Shown piece after piece: positions 55,433 through 64,000 of a stretch of 64,000 bases of DNA. A program made the position numbers and the translations under genes. Source of the stretch: Eubacteriales bacterium (lineage in GTDB: Bacteria > Bacillota > Clostridia > Oscillospirales > Acutalibacteraceae). The notes below the pieces were generated by a model. It was given only the letters and a program-made list of their open reading frames with translations, was not told the DNA's origin and made no database searches. The stretch's first letter is position 1; each line of letters begins with the position of its first letter. Where the stretch lies: the NCBI GenBank assembly GCA_029225565.1, contig JAQXWS010000027.1:7585-71584 (forward strand), given 5' to 3'.

Positions 55433-57940
55433 ATGAAATCTACAATTTCTGTAACACAAGCAAAGAAGCTTATCACTGACAAGCTGTCTCATTTTTTCGG
55501 TGTATCTGTAAAGGACGCAACCGATGAGCAGTTTTACAAGGCAGTGTCCATGATAATCAGGGACCGTATGTCCCAGCAGAACAGCGAGTTCCGTACCGCT
55601 GCCGAGGGACAGGATTCCAAGCAGATTTACTATCTCTGCATGGAGTTCCTTATGGGTCGCTCCCTGAAGAACAATCTTTACAATTTAGGTCTGACAGAGA
55701 TTTTTGACCAGGCTCTTGACTCAATGGGTGTTGACCTTGACAAGCTGTACGAACAGGAACCCGATGCAGGTCTTGGCAACGGCGGTCTGGGCAGATTGGC
55801 AGCTTGCTATCTGGACGGACTTGCTACCAACGGATTTCAGTCCATGGGTTATTCTCTGCGTTACGAGGCCGGTATTTTTAAGCAAAAATTGTTTGACGGC
55901 TGTCAGACAGAGCTGCCTGACTTCTGGCTTCCCGGCGGTGATGTATGGCTTGTACCGCGTGAGGAGCGTGCAGTGGAGGTCAAGTTTGAGGGCTATATTG
56001 AGGACAGCTGGGACGGAGATTATCACCAGGTGAATCATAAGGACGCTAATGTGGTTGTTGCCATTCCGTACGATATGTATGTGTCCGGCAAGGGCAAGGG
56101 CGTTGCCCGTCTTCGCCTGTGGGCAAGCAAAAAGCCCGAGCTGGATATGGCTCTGTTTAATCAGGGGTCATATATCAAGGCTATGGAGCAGTCTGCTATG
56201 GCAGAGGCTATCACAAAAATTTTGTATCCTGCCGACAATTCGCCGGAGGGCAAGTCCCTTCGTCTTCGTCAGCAGTACTTCCTGGTATCATCATCCATCC
56301 AGGATATTATTCAGCGCCACCTCACAAAGTACGGTACTCTGGACAATCTGCCCGACAAGGTGGCAATTCATATCAACGACACCCACCCCACTATGGCTAT
56401 TCCCGAGCTTATGCGTATTATGCTGGATGAGTGTGGCTACGGCTGGGATGAGGCTTGGTCAATTGTCACTCGCACAGTCGCTTATACCAACCATACTGTT
56501 ATGAAGGAGGCTCTTGAGTGCTGGAGCGAGGAGCTTTATTCCCGTCTTCTCCCTCGTATCTACCAGATTACCAAGGAGATTGACAATCGCTTCCGTGCTT
56601 ATGTATGGTCTGCAACCCACGATGCAGACAAGGTGGAGCGTATGGCTATTGTGTCCAGCGGCGTTGTTCGTATGGCAAACCTTTGTGTTGCCGGCTCCCA
56701 CAGCGTCAACGGCGTATCGGCTCTTCATAGCGAGATACTCAAGGATACAGTATTCAACGATTTTTATACCCTCACTCCGGAAAAGTTTTGTAATGTAACA
56801 AACGGTATTGCATTCCGTCGCTGGATTTGTCAGGCAAACCCATCACTTACGGAGTATATTACCTCCTTGATTGGAGACGGTTTCATCACTCAGTCTGACG
56901 AGCTTCTCAAGCTTCGCGATTACAAGGATGACAAAAAGGTGCTTGCCGACCTTGCTCGTATCAAGCACGAAAACAAGGTTAGATTTGCCAAGATTATCAA
57001 GAAGAGAAATGGTGTTGATATTAACCCCGACTCCATTTTTGATGTACAGGTTAAGCGCCTGCACGAGTACAAAAGACAGCAGCTCAATGTGTTAAATATT
57101 ATTGCCGAGTATCAGATGCTCAAGGCAAATCCTAATGCCGAATATTACCCAAAGACATATATCTTTGCATCCAAGGCAGCTCCCGGCTACTATATGGCAA
57201 AGAAAATTATTGAGCTTATCGACGCTCTGTCCAAGGTTATCAACAACGACCCGGATGTAAACGACAAGCTTAGGGTTGTGTTTATGGAGGACTACAATGT
57301 ATCCTTGGCAGAGGTGCTGATGCCTGCTGCCGACATCAGCGAGCAGATTTCTCTTGCCGGCACAGAGGCTTCCGGTACCGGTAATATGAAGCTTATGCTC
57401 AACGGCGCAATTACTCTGGGCACAATGGACGGCGCCAATGTTGAAATTTATGACGCTGTTGGAGAGGATAATATATTCATCTTCGGTATGAAGACTCCCG
57501 AGGTTGAGAACCTCAAGCGCCGTGGCTATAATCCCCAGGCATATATCAACAACAATGAGGTGCTGGCTAATGCAATCTCGTTTATTCGCGAGGGTATCAA
57601 CGGCAAGAGATTTGACGAGGTTTACTCATCACTTGTTAACAGTGACCCATATATGGCACTTGCGGATTTTGAGGATTACCAGGTGGCTCAGCGCGCTGTT
57701 TCCAAGGCTTATGCCGATACCGAGAGCTTTACAAAGATGTCACTTATGAACATCAGCGGAGCCGGTATATTCTCTGCGGACCGTTCTATCATGGATTATG
57801 CAAACGGCATTTGGCACACAAAGCCCATTCAGTTTGAGCAGGAAAAGCCTAAGACCGCAAAAAAGACCGCCCCTATGGCCCCAACAGCTCAAAAAGCTGC
57901 AACAAAAAAGGCTGCAAAGACAACCAAGAAATCTAAGTAA
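55433..57940 (+). CDS. glgP: Glycogen/starch phosphorylase
   Basis: MEFLMGR, DAGLGNGGLGRLAACY, INDTHP, YTNHT...EALE, VQVKRLHEYKRQ, EASGTGNMK; TTGCAA-17-TATAAT promoter at 55349-55377. Confidence 0.97.
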   Translation: MKSTISVTQAKKLITDKLSHFFGVSVKDATDEQFYKAVSMIIRDRMSQQNSEFRTAAEGQDSKQIYYLCMEFLMGRSLKNNLYNLGLTEIFDQALDSMGVDLDKLYEQEPDAGLGNGGLGRLAACYLDGLATNGFQSMGYSLRYEAGIFKQKLFDGCQTELPDFWLPGGDVWLVPREERAVEVKFEGYIEDSWDGDYHQVNHKDANVVVAIPYDMYVSGKGKGVARLRLWASKKPELDMALFNQGSYIKAMEQSAMAEAITKILYPADNSPEGKSLRLRQQYFLVSSSIQDIIQRHLTKYGTLDNLPDKVAIHINDTHPTMAIPELMRIMLDECGYGWDEAWSIVTRTVAYTNHTVMKEALECWSEELYSRLLPRIYQITKEIDNRFRAYVWSATHDADKVERMAIVSSGVVRMANLCVAGSHSVNGVSALHSEILKDTVFNDFYTLTPEKFCNVTNGIAFRRWICQANPSLTEYITSLIGDGFITQSDELLKLRDYKDDKKVLADLARIKHENKVRFAKIIKKRNGVDINPDSIFDVQVKRLHEYKRQQLNVLNIIAEYQMLKANPNAEYYPKTYIFASKAAPGYYMAKKIIELIDALSKVINNDPDVNDKLRVVFMEDYNVSLAEVLMPAADISEQISLAGTEASGTGNMKLMLNGAITLGTMDGANVEIYDAVGEDNIFIFGMKTPEVENLKRRGYNPQAYINNNEVLANAISFIREGINGKRFDEVYSSLVNSDPYMALADFEDYQVAQRAVSKAYADTESFTKMSLMNISGAGIFSADRSIMDYANGIWHTKPIQFEQEKPKTAKKTAPMAPTAQKAATKKAAKTTKKSK

Positions 57941-57945
57941 TATTT

Positions 57946-57977
57946 GTATGGACGGCCAGGGGTCGTCCGTACTTTTT
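57946..57977 (+). terminator. Intrinsic terminator after glgP
   Basis: GTATGGACGGCC/GGTCGTCCGTAC stem plus T5. Confidence 0.7.
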
Positions 57978-57985
57978 ATAATGCT

Positions 57986-59845
57986 ATGACAGTTTTTAAT
58001 TCTCGAAAAACTGAATATAAGGACAAGATTAGAGCCATTGCCACCGACGAGCCTGTAAAGCTTCGCATCATCGTTCCTCGCTCAATGAATTGCAGCTGTG
58101 CCGTTCTTTGGGTTGCCAAGGAGAACGAATCGCCAACATATTACAATATGTTCTGGGCAGGTATGTGTGGCAACGACCACGAGTATTGGGAGCTTCATTT
58201 TTCTGCCACAACGCCGGGACTTTACTGGTATCATTTTGAACTTGATACCCCTTGGGGAAAAAGCTTTGTTCGTAATGTAGGGCACGGTATCGGTGACTTT
58301 GCACCGGACGGGGACGACTTTCAGCAGACTGTATATGACAGTTCTTTTGTAACTCCCGATTGGCTCAAGGGCGGCATTATATACCAGATTTTTCCCGACA
58401 GATTTTACAATTCCGGTAAGAAAAAAAGAGGAGTGCGCTCAACCAGAGTTATGCGTCCCTGGGGCGAGGAGCCCTATTGGCGTGAGGAACAGATGAACGG
58501 CATCTGGAACAACGACTACTTTGGCGGAGACCTAAAGGGCGTGGAGGAAAAATTGCCTTATCTTGCCGATTTAGGGGTTAGCTGCATATACCTGAATCCT
58601 ATATTCGAGGCTAATTCCAACCACAGATATGACACTGCCGACTATGAGCGTATTGACCCTCTGCTGGGCACTCAGTCCGACCTTAAGCATTTGTGCAAGG
58701 TGGCAGGGGAGGAATATGGCATTTCTGTCATATTGGACGGCGTGTTCAGTCATACGGGCTGCGACAGTAAGTATTTCAATCTATACGGAAATTATGATAC
58801 TGTCGGTGCGTATAACAGCAAGAGCAGTCCGTATTTCGATTGGTACAAGTTCATTGATTATCCGGACAATTACCATTCCTGGTGGGGAATCAAGCTGTTG
58901 CCGGAGATTGTAGAAGAGAACGAGAGCTATCGCCGGTATATCTGCGGCAAGGACGGCATATTGCGCAAATGGATGCGCTGTGGAGTTGCCGGTTGGAGGC
59001 TCGATGTTGCTGATGAATTGCCGGATATATTTCTTGATGACTTGCGCAAGGCGGTCAAGGAAGAAAATGAGAATGCCATCATAATCGGCGAGGTTTGGGA
59101 GGATGCTACCACCAAATTTGCCTACGGACAGCGCCGTAGGTACTTTATGGGCGACCAGCTGGATTCGGTTATGAATTATCCCTTTGCCGATGCAATTCTC
59201 AATTATGTCCGACTGGGCAATGCCGACGCGTTTTTTGATGCGGTAATGAGTATTGTGGAGAATTATCCTCCCCAGGTTACCGATGTGTTGATGAATCATA
59301 TCGGCACTCATGATACCCAGCGCGCTATCACCCGTCTTGCCGGTGAGAATGCAGACGGCTACGGCAGGCATTGGCAGTATGAGCATAATAGGTTAAGTGA
59401 GCAAAATTATCTAAAGGGCGTTTCGATGATGAAGATTGCTTCGCTTTTGCAATATACCTTGCCGGGTGTACCGTCTGTCTATTATGGGGACGAGATAGGT
59501 ATGCAGGGTATGAAGGACCCGTTCAATCGTGCTTGTATGGATTGGGAGCACCCCAATACGGAGCTTCACAGGTGGTACAGACGCTTGGGCGAGATTAGGC
59601 GTGGCTGCCATGTGTTCGCTCAGGGCTCCTTTGAGCCTGTATTCTGCCGTCACAAAACAGTTGCATACATCCGTAGCGACGAAAACAGTATGGCTTTGGT
59701 TGCCGTCAATCTGGACGATTGTGCTGTGGATATTCCTGTTGGTCGGGAGTGGAACGGAGCATACACCTTCTTTGGCGACAGTATCACTGACGGCATTATT
59801 CATCTGGAGCCCTATCGGTATTCAATGCATACAGTGGTAAAGTAG
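57986..59845 (+). CDS. GH13 neopullulanase/amylopullulanase-type glycoside hydrolase
   Basis: IYQIFPDRF, GGDLKG, YLNPIF.A.SNHRYDTADY, LDGVFSHTG, GWRLDVADE, IGEVWED, MNYP, GTHDT.R. Confidence 0.92.
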   Translation: MTVFNSRKTEYKDKIRAIATDEPVKLRIIVPRSMNCSCAVLWVAKENESPTYYNMFWAGMCGNDHEYWELHFSATTPGLYWYHFELDTPWGKSFVRNVGHGIGDFAPDGDDFQQTVYDSSFVTPDWLKGGIIYQIFPDRFYNSGKKKRGVRSTRVMRPWGEEPYWREEQMNGIWNNDYFGGDLKGVEEKLPYLADLGVSCIYLNPIFEANSNHRYDTADYERIDPLLGTQSDLKHLCKVAGEEYGISVILDGVFSHTGCDSKYFNLYGNYDTVGAYNSKSSPYFDWYKFIDYPDNYHSWWGIKLLPEIVEENESYRRYICGKDGILRKWMRCGVAGWRLDVADELPDIFLDDLRKAVKEENENAIIIGEVWEDATTKFAYGQRRRYFMGDQLDSVMNYPFADAILNYVRLGNADAFFDAVMSIVENYPPQVTDVLMNHIGTHDTQRAITRLAGENADGYGRHWQYEHNRLSEQNYLKGVSMMKIASLLQYTLPGVPSVYYGDEIGMQGMKDPFNRACMDWEHPNTELHRWYRRLGEIRRGCHVFAQGSFEPVFCRHKTVAYIRSDENSMALVAVNLDDCAVDIPVGREWNGAYTFFGDSITDGIIHLEPYRYSMHTVVK

Positions 59846-59905
59846 TGTACCGGTTATGTTGGCGGAGCAATCCTGTCTATGCCAAGTGATTTGACAATAG
59901 TTACC

Positions 59906-59937
59906 AAATATCCTGCGAGAAATCGCAGGATATTTTT
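59906..59937. terminator. Intrinsic terminator
   Basis: AAATATCCTGCGA-gaaa-TCGCAGGATATTT. Confidence 0.75.
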
Positions 59938-60059
59938 GCATTATTCTATAATTTATATAAAATAAATATTGTATTTTATGTGTATTGTATGCTATAATAC
60001 ATAGCGTTAATGTGGATTTTTGTATCCACCGGAGAATTTGCCGAAAGGATATTAGAGTT

Positions 60060-61814
60060 ATGGCATACAGAACACATAATTGTAATGAGCTTACACTGGA
60101 TAATTTGAACGAAAGAGTGCAACTTGCCGGTTGGGTTGCCACAATCCGTGACCATGGCGGCGTTGCCTTTATCGACCTACGGGACGAGTATGGCGTTACA
60201 CAGGTAGTTGTTAATGACGGCGACCTTATCAATCACCTAAAAAAGGAGAGCGTTATCTCTGTAGAGGGCGTTGTAGTAAAGCGCGATGATGATACCGTAA
60301 ACGAGAAGATTGCTACCGGAAAGCTTGAGGTTAAGGTTGATACGCTGACTATTCTCAATCCCTGCACAGAGAATCTTCCTTTCGAGATTGACGAGAGCAG
60401 GGATACCAGAGAGGACCTTCGTCTTACCTATCGTTTTTTGGATTTGCGCAACAAGGCTGTGCACGATAATATTATTTTCCGCAGTCAGGTTGTTTCTTTC
60501 CTTAGAGAAAAGATGACATCCCTCGGTTTTACCGAGATTAACACCCCTATTCTTACCTGTTCATCACCGGAGGGTGCCCGTGACTACATTATCCCGTCCC
60601 GTAAGCACGAGGGCAAGTTCTATGCTTTGCCCCAGGCTCCGCAGCAGTTTAAGCAGCTGCTTATGACATCGGGATTTGACAGATATTTCCAGATTGCGCC
60701 TTGCTTCCGTGATGAGGACGCCAGAGCAGACCGTTCACCCGGCGAGTTCTATCAGTTGGATTTCGAGATGGCATTTGCTACACAGGAGGATGTGTTTGAG
60801 GTTGCGGACGATGTACTTTATGACACATTTACCAAGTTCGGTAACGGCAAGTATGTTTCACCGAAGCCCTTTGTCAAGATTCCGTTTGAAGCGGCTATGA
60901 TGAAGTACGGTACCGATAAGCCTGACCTTCGTAACCCGCTGGAGATTGTTGACCTGACAGAGTTCTTTAGCGATGTTGAGTTTAAGGCCTTCAAGGGCAG
61001 ACCCGTTAGAGGTATCAATGTTCCGGGTTGTGCAAAGCAATCCAAGGGTTGGTTCGAGAAGATGCTCAAGTACGCTCTGGAAATTGGTATGAAGGGCCTG
61101 GGATATATCGAAGTGCTTGAGGACGGTTCATACAAGGGCCCTATCGACAAGTTCTTGCCTGACGAAAAGAAGCAGGAATTGAGAGAAATATTCAATTTCC
61201 AAACAGACGATACTCTGTTCTTTATCTGTGATACACCAAAGGTAGTCAATGAGCTTGCCGGACAGATTCGTACAGAGCTTGCCAATCGTCTTGACCTTAT
61301 CGACAAGGACAGATACGAGTTCTGCTATATCACCGACTTTCCTATGTTCGAAAAGGACGAAAACGGCAATCTTGCATTCACCCACAACCCGTTCTCCATG
61401 CCTCAGGGCGAGATGGACGCGCTTGAGAATCAGGACCCACTCACCATCAAGGCATATCAGTACGACATTGTCTGCAACGGCGTTGAGCTCTCCTCCGGAG
61501 CTGTTCGTAACCACAGACCCGATGTTATGGTTAAGGCGTTCAGTATGGCAGGATATGACGAGAGCGTTGTTAAGGAAAAGTTTGGCGCATTGTACAATGC
61601 TTTCCACTACGGCGCACCGCCTCATGCAGGTATGGCGCCGGGCGTTGACCGTATGATTATGCTCCTTAAGGATGAGGAAAATATCAGAGAGATTATTGCA
61701 TTCCCAATGAACAGTAACGCGCAGGATATGCTCCTCGGCGCACCGAACACTGTTACGGAAATGCAGCTGCGGGAGACCCACATCAAGCTGCGCAGACCGG
61801 TAGAAATAAAGTAA
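60060..61814 (+). CDS. aspS: Aspartyl-tRNA synthetase, probably non-discriminating
   Basis: YRTH.C, RDHGG..FIDLRD, SPEGARDY, ALPQAPQQFKQLLM, CFRDED.RADR, GAPPH.G.A.G.DR; followed directly by gatCAB. Confidence 0.96.
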   Translation: MAYRTHNCNELTLDNLNERVQLAGWVATIRDHGGVAFIDLRDEYGVTQVVVNDGDLINHLKKESVISVEGVVVKRDDDTVNEKIATGKLEVKVDTLTILNPCTENLPFEIDESRDTREDLRLTYRFLDLRNKAVHDNIIFRSQVVSFLREKMTSLGFTEINTPILTCSSPEGARDYIIPSRKHEGKFYALPQAPQQFKQLLMTSGFDRYFQIAPCFRDEDARADRSPGEFYQLDFEMAFATQEDVFEVADDVLYDTFTKFGNGKYVSPKPFVKIPFEAAMMKYGTDKPDLRNPLEIVDLTEFFSDVEFKAFKGRPVRGINVPGCAKQSKGWFEKMLKYALEIGMKGLGYIEVLEDGSYKGPIDKFLPDEKKQELREIFNFQTDDTLFFICDTPKVVNELAGQIRTELANRLDLIDKDRYEFCYITDFPMFEKDENGNLAFTHNPFSMPQGEMDALENQDPLTIKAYQYDIVCNGVELSSGAVRNHRPDVMVKAFSMAGYDESVVKEKFGALYNAFHYGAPPHAGMAPGVDRMIMLLKDEENIREIIAFPMNSNAQDMLLGAPNTVTEMQLRETHIKLRRPVEIK

Positions 61815-61831
61815 TCAGTAGGAGAAATAAA

Positions 61832-62119
61832 ATGCAAATTACTCCAGAATTAATAAAATATTTAGAGTCACTTGCCCGAATCACTCTTACCGAAGAGGAG
61901 GAGAGCAAGGTGGGCACCGAGCTTCAGGATATACTGACCTACATCGATATGCTCAACGAGTTGGATACCGACGGCGTGGAGGCTATGAGCCATTGCTTCC
62001 CGGTAACCAATGTTATGCGTGAGGATGAGGTTCAGCCGTCCATGACCCCTGACGAAATCACAGCCAATGCTCCTGAGAGCCAGGACGGCTGCTTCGTAGT
62101 GCCTAAGACAGTTGACTAA
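61832..62119 (+). CDS. gatC: Asp/Glu-tRNA amidotransferase subunit C
   Basis: LARI.L..EE, L.ELDTDGVE, NVMREDE, NAPE..DG.F.VPK. Confidence 0.95.
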   Translation: MQITPELIKYLESLARITLTEEEESKVGTELQDILTYIDMLNELDTDGVEAMSHCFPVTNVMREDEVQPSMTPDEITANAPESQDGCFVVPKTVD

Positions 62120-62130
62120 GGAGGGCTATT

Positions 62131-63594
62131 ATGGAAATTTGTGAGATGACAGCCCTTGAGGTTGCAAAGAGAATAAAGGACAAAGAGATTTCTGCCGTTG
62201 AGGCTGCAGAGAGTGTAATGGCGTCCATTAGCGCCAAGGACGGCACATACGCCTGCTACACCACTCTGGACGAGGATGCCGTTATTACTCAGGCAAAGGA
62301 AGTTCAGGCGCGAATTGACGCAGGGGAGAGCACATCACCCCTTGCCGGTGTGCCTATTGGCATCAAGGACAATATATGCGAAAAGGGCAGGATTACATCC
62401 TGCGCCTCCAAGATTCTATATAACTTCCGTCCGCCCTATGACGCCACAGTTATCCGCAAGCTAAAGGAGGCGGATATGGTTCCATTGGGAAAGTTGAATA
62501 TGGACGAGTTCGCTATGGGCTCTACTACAGAGACCTCATATTACGGCTGTACCAGGAATCCATGGGACATCAATCGTGTGCCCGGCGGCTCTTCAGGCGG
62601 CGCTGCGGCATCGGTTGCCGCAGGGGAAAGTGTTGTGGCTCTCGGCTCCGATACCGGCGGCTCAATCCGTCAGCCCTGTTCTTTCTGTGGCGTTACCGGA
62701 CTCAAGCCGACCTATGGCGCTGTGTCCCGCTACGGTCTTATCGCATACGCCTCCTCCCTTGACCAAATCGGTCCCATCGGCAGGACAGTTGACGATGTTG
62801 CCGCTGTGTTCAATATTATCAAGGGCAAGGACGCCAAGGACGGCACCTCCATGGAGAGCGAGATTTTTTCTCTTGAGGATATTAAGGCAGACAGCCTTAA
62901 GGGCATTAAGGTGGGCATCCCTACAGACTTCTTCGGCGAGGGTATCGACGGACAGGTTGCCGATTCAGTAAAGGCGGCGGCCGACACACTTAAGTCCCTG
63001 GGCGCAGAGATAGAAGAATTCTCAATGCCTATAGTTAAGTACGCCATCCCCACCTACTATATAATCGCCTGTGCTGAGGCTTGCTCCAATCTGTCCCGAT
63101 TCGACGGTATCAAGTACGGCTTCAAGGCCGAGGATTGCGACAGCCTCCATGATGTGTATTTTAAGTCCCGCAGCCAAGGCTTTGGTATGGAGGTCAAAAA
63201 GCGCATTATGCTGGGCAACTTTGTGCTATCCAGCGGCTATTTTGACGCTTATTACAAAAAGGCATTGCAGTCCAAGGGCCTTATTTGCAAGGCGTTCAGC
63301 GATGCTTTCGAGAAGTATGATTTTCTTCTGGGCCCTGTGGCACCAACTACAGCCCTCAAGATGGGCGAGGGCCTGTCCGACCCTCTTGCTATGTATCTTG
63401 GCGATATATACACAGTTATGATTAATATTGCAGGACTGCCGTCGTTGGCATTGCCATGCGGCTTCGATAATGACGGTATGCCCATCGGTATGCAGCTTAT
63501 CGGCAAGCCCTTTGACGAAAAGACGATTCTCACTGCCGGCAATGCTTTTCAGACCGCTACTGATTTTCATCTTCAGCAGCCAAAATTAGTGTAA
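62131..63594 (+). CDS. gatA: Asp/Glu-tRNA amidotransferase subunit A
   Basis: GIKDNI, GKLNMDEFAMGS, PGGSSGG, LGSDTGGSIRQP, YASSLDQIGP. Confidence 0.97.
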   Translation: MEICEMTALEVAKRIKDKEISAVEAAESVMASISAKDGTYACYTTLDEDAVITQAKEVQARIDAGESTSPLAGVPIGIKDNICEKGRITSCASKILYNFRPPYDATVIRKLKEADMVPLGKLNMDEFAMGSTTETSYYGCTRNPWDINRVPGGSSGGAAASVAAGESVVALGSDTGGSIRQPCSFCGVTGLKPTYGAVSRYGLIAYASSLDQIGPIGRTVDDVAAVFNIIKGKDAKDGTSMESEIFSLEDIKADSLKGIKVGIPTDFFGEGIDGQVADSVKAAADTLKSLGAEIEEFSMPIVKYAIPTYYIIACAEACSNLSRFDGIKYGFKAEDCDSLHDVYFKSRSQGFGMEVKKRIMLGNFVLSSGYFDAYYKKALQSKGLICKAFSDAFEKYDFLLGPVAPTTALKMGEGLSDPLAMYLGDIYTVMINIAGLPSLALPCGFDNDGMPIGMQLIGKPFDEKTILTAGNAFQTATDFHLQQPKLV

Positions 63595-63608
63595 GGGGGT
63601 AGTTCAAT

Positions 63609-64000
63609 ATGGATTTTGTTACTGTTTGCGGTCTTGAGGTTCATACTGAATTAGCCACCAAGACTAAGATTTTTTGCAACTGCTCCACCGAGTTCGGCGG
63701 CGAGCCCAACACCCATGTGTGCGAGATTTGTTCCGGTATGCCGGGCACCCTCCCCGTGGTCAACAAAAGAGTAGTGGAGTTTGCTGTTAGGACCGGCCTC
63801 GCCCTTAACTGCGAGATTACCCGGTACAACAAGTTCGATAGAAAAAACTATTTTTATCCCGATTTGCCAAAGGCATACCAAATCTCACAGCTCTATTTGC
63901 CCATCTGTCGCAACGGCTGGGTAGAGATTAACGATAGCATCAACGGCGGCAAAAAGAAAGTTCGTATCCACGAAATTCACATGGAGGAGGACGCCGGCAA
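63609..64000 (+). CDS. gatB: Asp/Glu-tRNA amidotransferase subunit B (3' truncated by window edge)
   Basis: [61 protein letters not shown]; absent from the ORF track. Confidence 0.97.
   Translation, partial: MDFVTVCGLEVHTELATKTKIFCNCSTEFGGEPNTHVCEICSGMPGTLPVVNKRVVEFAVRTGLALNCEITRYNKFDRKNYFYPDLPKAYQISQLYLPICRNGWVEINDSINGGKKKVRIHEIHMEEDAG

Noticed and set aside
1-64000. Asparagine theme: asparaginase, tRNA-Asn, an Asn-synthetase-like gene and aspS-gatCAB
   Set aside because: The genes are tens of kb apart in unrelated operons, so this is most likely coincidence.

Overview
Chromosomal window from a spore-forming, Clostridia-like Firmicute (taxon inferred from gene content). It is mostly housekeeping and metabolic genes: tRNA-Asn, rplM-rpsI, infC-rpmI-rplT, iolG-iolD-iolE, trmN6-rsmI-radical SAM, mscL, spoVAD, htpG, ypeB, proBA, glgP-GH13 and aspS-gatCAB. 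It also holds a TetR-led accessory operon and a visibly AT-rich Wzy-type polysaccharide locus (about 31.1-45.0 kb) that ends in an rfbA pseudogene and mobile-element debris. The most striking unexplained structure lies at 2654-2857, just behind tRNA-Asn. It is a ~200-nt composite palindrome of four TATGTAAT-type linkers facing four reverse-complement ATTACATA-type linkers, each separated by a sequence-variable hairpin, many with GAA/TTC triloops. It folds into a ladder of four-way junctions, and its right edge supplies the -35 box of a lone four-helix-bundle (IVS/Avd-like) gene. Other items read by eye: a preQ1-I riboswitch with an inserted hairpin, an ATC start for infC, a leaderless trmN6, several gene remnants missed by the ORF track, and unusual polysaccharide-tailoring enzymes. 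All product calls come from motif recognition and recall, not database searches.
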